DNA of 10,283 bases, from assembly GCA_051747805.1 (NCBI GenBank), contig JBNJGP010000014.1, positions 1 through 10,283 of the forward strand. The letters are read 5' to 3'. Within the stretch, counting starts at the first letter, position 1; every line of letters begins with the position of its first letter. Both the position numbers and the translations under genes were made by a program. The notes beneath the pieces were generated by a model that was not told the origin of the DNA, did no database searches, and saw nothing but the letters and a program-made list of their open reading frames with translations. This document shows positions 7,315-10,283 of the stretch, in pieces. This stretch comes from Candidatus Muiribacteriota bacterium (GTDB lineage Bacteria > Muiribacteriota > Muiribacteriia > Muiribacteriales > Muiribacteriaceae).

Positions 7315-7343
7315 ATTATATAATTTATTGAATTATAAAACAA
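7315..7343 (-). promoter_or_regulatory. Candidate sigma70 promoter for pmbA-tldD
   Basis: Minus strand TTGTTT (7343-7338)-N17-TATAAT (7320-7315). The AT-rich background lowers specificity. Confidence 0.45.
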
Positions 7344-7353
7344 GTTGGAAATA

Positions 7354-9468
7354 TTAAAATAACCTTTCATAAATAATACGTGCCATTTTTTTATTTCCCT
7401 TAGTATTTAAATGACCGTTTGTCAGAAATAAACTATCATATGTTTTTTCATCCAGCTCTTTAAAAATAGAATAAACATCAATAAATTTTATATTATTTTC
7501 ACGGGATATTTCTTCAAGCAGAGAATGGTTGAATAATGGAAAATCAACATTCAGAGGGTAGTTTATTATAATCATTTCTACGTTATGATTTTGACAGAGC
7601 TCAAGCATTTTATTGAAATCATTTTTTATCCAGCGGGTTAGCTGCCCTCTTTTTTGAATGTGATAATCAATATCCTGAAGCTTTCTTAACTCATCAGATT
7701 TTCCCATTCTGTTTAATATTAGCCGGTGCAGATTAAGATATTCTGAATTTTCAGGCTCTATTTCACGACATTTTTTAATAAATTCATATGATTTCTCAAG
7801 ATAATCAGAATTTTTGTGAGAAAGGTTAAAATAAATATTTGAAAGATAACCATAGAGTCTGGCGCTTGAAATGTTTTCTGAAAGCAGATATTCAAACCAT
7901 TCTTTAGCCCTGTCAATTTGCGTAAAATCATTAATAGCTTTGTTAAAAATAATTTTTGATATATGTTCCTCAAGCCAGGAATTATTATTTTTATAAAATT
8001 TTTCTAAAAGAGATAAATGTTTACTGACAGGATAATTAAATTCAAAAGCAGAAAATAATATTTTTTTAAAATAATTTTTTTTATTATCAGGAATTTTTTT
8101 AAAAGCAGAAATTTTTTTAAAAAAATCAGAAAAAAGCATCTCATGAAATTCCTCTATAGAATTAAAATCATCCTTTAATAAATTTTTATTTCTAATCATT
8201 TTTTTGGCTGAATTAAAATCGCTGTGTAAAATCAAAATCTGTTTTATAAAGAATTCAGAAAAGTATTTATCAATCAAAGTTAAATTTTCTAAATATCCTC
8301 TTTCAAATACTTCATAAAAAATTTTAATTAATCTATCTGACTTTTGAGGAGACAGACTGGATTTTAAAATATCATAATAAAAATAGTAAAACTCGTCTTT
8401 GTTTTTATAATTTTCCTGTAAAAAAGATAATTTTTTTCGAATTATATACTCGTTCTGAAGTTTTTTTAACGAAAAAAGCAGATCATAATAAAAATTCTGT
8501 TTTTCTTCTAATTCTTTTGTTAAATTTAGTAAAAAAATAAGATTTTTTCTATTTTCAACTGTTAATAATCTTTTTCTTGCATAATATACAATATGGTTTT
8601 TTAAGTTTTCAATTTCAATACCATTTTTTTTAAATTGTTGAAGAAAATTTTCAAATTCTATATAAAGATTACTTTTTATATCATTTTTAAAAAGATTCTC
8701 ATTTTTTATAGAAGTTTCAACAGCTTTTAAAAAGTATAGGAGAAATACTTCAGGATTTTTAATTTCTTCCGGTCTGATTACAGCATAATATTCAAATATT
8801 TTCAAATTTATTCCTGGATTATCAGGTTCTTCTTTTAAAGCTTCATAAAGAATTTTAATATATTTATCATAGTTTTTTTCATTTTTTTCATTCTCTGCCT
8901 TATTTATTAACTTATTTATTTTCTCCCTCCCGTTAAAATTAATTCCTGCAGAAACAAGACTGTTATTTTGAATTTCAGAAAAAGACTCGCCTGAAATAAT
9001 TCGTAGCATAAAACGTCCAAACTGTACAATTTTCAGTTTATACATTAATCTATAAATAATATTTTGATCCTGCTCATACAATTCAGAAAAGCCCTCTAAA
9101 TTCCAGGTATTATTTGTACCGCATAATATTATTGCCTTGCTTGGAATATTATTTTCAAAGGCTTTTTTCATATTATTGTAAACATTTGTTGTATTAGCGC
9201 CGGGTTGACCATAATTTAAAACATCATATTTTTTTCCAATCAGTTTATTTAAGTGTGTAGGATAATCCTTTCCACGAGGAACTCCTAATCCATAAGTAAA
9301 TGAGTCCCCGAAACATGAAATTAAATTCTTAGACAAATTTTCATCCTGTATTATTGTATCAGGTTGAAAAAAAAAGCCAGTTAATCTGAGAATAATTTCA
9401 AATAAAATTAATGAAAATAAAAAGCCAGCTATTAAAACCTTAAATTTTTGCCTGTTTTTTGATATCAT
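7354..9468 (-). CDS. Membrane-anchored SGNH/GDSL hydrolase-family protein with a large internal helical (TPR-like) insertion
   Basis: N-terminal TM segment ending FEIILRL. Block I FGDSFTYG, block II NYGQPG, block III LCGTNN, block V NGHLNTKGN at the extreme C-terminus. Helical-repeat-like segments such as YEALKEEPDN and CREIEPEN lie between. Confidence 0.85.
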   Translation of the reverse strand: MISKNRQKFKVLIAGFLFSLILFEIILRLTGFFFQPDTIIQDENLSKNLISCFGDSFTYGLGVPRGKDYPTHLNKLIGKKYDVLNYGQPGANTTNVYNNMKKAFENNIPSKAIILCGTNNTWNLEGFSELYEQDQNIIYRLMYKLKIVQFGRFMLRIISGESFSEIQNNSLVSAGINFNGREKINKLINKAENEKNEKNYDKYIKILYEALKEEPDNPGINLKIFEYYAVIRPEEIKNPEVFLLYFLKAVETSIKNENLFKNDIKSNLYIEFENFLQQFKKNGIEIENLKNHIVYYARKRLLTVENRKNLIFLLNLTKELEEKQNFYYDLLFSLKKLQNEYIIRKKLSFLQENYKNKDEFYYFYYDILKSSLSPQKSDRLIKIFYEVFERGYLENLTLIDKYFSEFFIKQILILHSDFNSAKKMIRNKNLLKDDFNSIEEFHEMLFSDFFKKISAFKKIPDNKKNYFKKILFSAFEFNYPVSKHLSLLEKFYKNNNSWLEEHISKIIFNKAINDFTQIDRAKEWFEYLLSENISSARLYGYLSNIYFNLSHKNSDYLEKSYEFIKKCREIEPENSEYLNLHRLILNRMGKSDELRKLQDIDYHIQKRGQLTRWIKNDFNKMLELCQNHNVEMIIINYPLNVDFPLFNHSLLEEISRENNIKFIDVYSIFKELDEKTYDSLFLTNGHLNTKGNKKMARIIYERLF

Positions 9469-9474
9469 TAATTA

Positions 9475-9503
9475 ATTTTAAGTAATAATAAATAAAAAAG
9501 CAA
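9475..9503 (-). promoter_or_regulatory. Candidate sigma70 promoter placing +1 at the SGNH start codon (leaderless)
   Basis: Minus strand TTGCTT (9503-9498)-N17-TAAAAT (9480-9475), then 6 nt, then ATG at 9468. No SD is visible. Confidence 0.55.
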
Positions 9504-9541
9504 TCAATTGCATATGAAAATCAAGGAATTCAAAAGTAAAT

Positions 9542-9570
9542 TTGTTAATTTGAAAAATTCGTGATATAAT
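9542..9570 (+). promoter_or_regulatory. Candidate sigma70 promoter with extended -10 for the SprA-related gene
   Basis: TTGTTA (9542-9547)-N17-TATAAT (9565-9570) with TG at 9562-9563. SD GGAGG at 9608-9612. Confidence 0.6.
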
Positions 9571-9617
9571 AATATATAGAATGGATTCTGTATAACTTTT
9601 GCGTCACGGAGGATGTT

Positions 9618-10205
9618 ATGCATTTATCATCAATAAGCTCTAATCCATCAGTTAATTTTAATTATGATAATAATTCAATTCAAAAAAGTGAAAATAATAC
9701 TTCAAATAAAAATTCCAACCTTTTCGAGGATACTGTTGAAATATCAGAAGAAGCTAAAAGATTATCCCGCATCGAAAAAGATAAAGAAGTCGATAAAACC
9801 CAAAATAATGAAGAATTAACAGAAGAAGAAAAAAAACAGCTGGAAAAGTTAAAACAAACTGACCGTGAAGTAAGACAGCATGAAGCAACCCATCTTGCGG
9901 CTGCTGGCGGATTGCAGCTTTCAGGGGCAAACTTTGAATACAAGACTGGCCCTGATGGTCAGAATTATGCTGTGGGTGGGGATGTTCATATTGATTCCAG
10001 CGAAGGTAAAAATCCAGAAGACACTATTTCAAAAGCCCAGCAGATAAAAAGAGCAGCACTTGCTCCTGCAAATCCTTCACCAGAAGATTTAAAAGTCGCA
10101 CGGGAAGCACAACAGATGGAGGCAAAAGCTCTGGCCGAGTTAAATTCTAAAGAGAACGAAGAAGATGAAGAGCAGATAGGAGCCGAGAAGAGCCGTGAGA
10201 GGTGA
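9618..10205 (+). CDS. SprA-related family protein (putative metalloprotease)
   Basis: DREVRQHEATH (HExxH), GPDGQNYAVGGDVHID and AALAPANPSPED are hallmark motifs of this family. N-terminal DTVEISEEA and low-complexity S/N region. Confidence 0.88.
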   Translation: MHLSSISSNPSVNFNYDNNSIQKSENNTSNKNSNLFEDTVEISEEAKRLSRIEKDKEVDKTQNNEELTEEEKKQLEKLKQTDREVRQHEATHLAAAGGLQLSGANFEYKTGPDGQNYAVGGDVHIDSSEGKNPEDTISKAQQIKRAALAPANPSPEDLKVAREAQQMEAKALAELNSKENEEDEEQIGAEKSRER

Positions 10206-10283
10206 GAAGTGAAAGGTGAGACGATAGAGACCGATAGGAGCAGACAAAAGCCGATAAGAGCCGAGAAGAGCCGTGAGAGGTGA
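10171..10283 (+). repeat. Purine-rich compound tandem repeat (10-mer AGCMGANARR-like units plus 7-mer GTGARAN units; 78-bp higher-order period), running off the window's right edge
   Basis: Identical 26-mer GAGCCGAGAAGAGCCGTGAGAGGTGA at 10180-10205 and 10258-10283. 10-mers: AGCAGATAGG, AGCCGAGAAG, AGCAGACAAA, AGCCGATAAG. 7-mers: GTGAGAG, GTGAGAA, GTGAAAG, GTGAGAC. Confidence 0.85.

Noticed and set aside
7758..7973. 71-aa alternate-frame ORF
   Set aside because: Nested in the SGNH gene, which is uninterrupted, so no frameshift needs to be invoked.
9680..9943. 87-aa minus-strand ORF
   Set aside because: Antisense shadow of the SprA-related gene.
10180..10283. Two 26-bp direct repeats 52 bp apart as a mini-CRISPR
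   Set aside because: The intervening sequence is itself built from the same sub-repeats, the repeat is non-palindromic and overlaps a CDS, and no cas genes are present.

Overview
AT-rich bacterial chromosomal window with seven supportable CDSs. On + lie a half-size UPF0016/TMEM165/GDT1 cation transporter (179-457) and a secreted EF-hand protein (666-1526), the latter preceded by a candidate sigma54 promoter and a TGTCA-N6-TGACA enhancer-like site. On - lie an SGNH/GDSL hydrolase split by a long helical insert (probably leaderless), pmbA/tldE, tldD, and a large radical SAM protein with two SPASM/twitch-like Cys clusters. Last, on +, is a SprA-related HExxH protein. The most striking unexplained element is at 4-116: four hairpins of different sequence, each separated by an invariant (T/A)TTACT linker. 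It probably continues beyond the window's left edge and matches no RNA or DNA element I recognise. The right edge holds a purine-rich compound 10-mer/7-mer repeat (78-bp period) that overlaps the last gene's stop codon.
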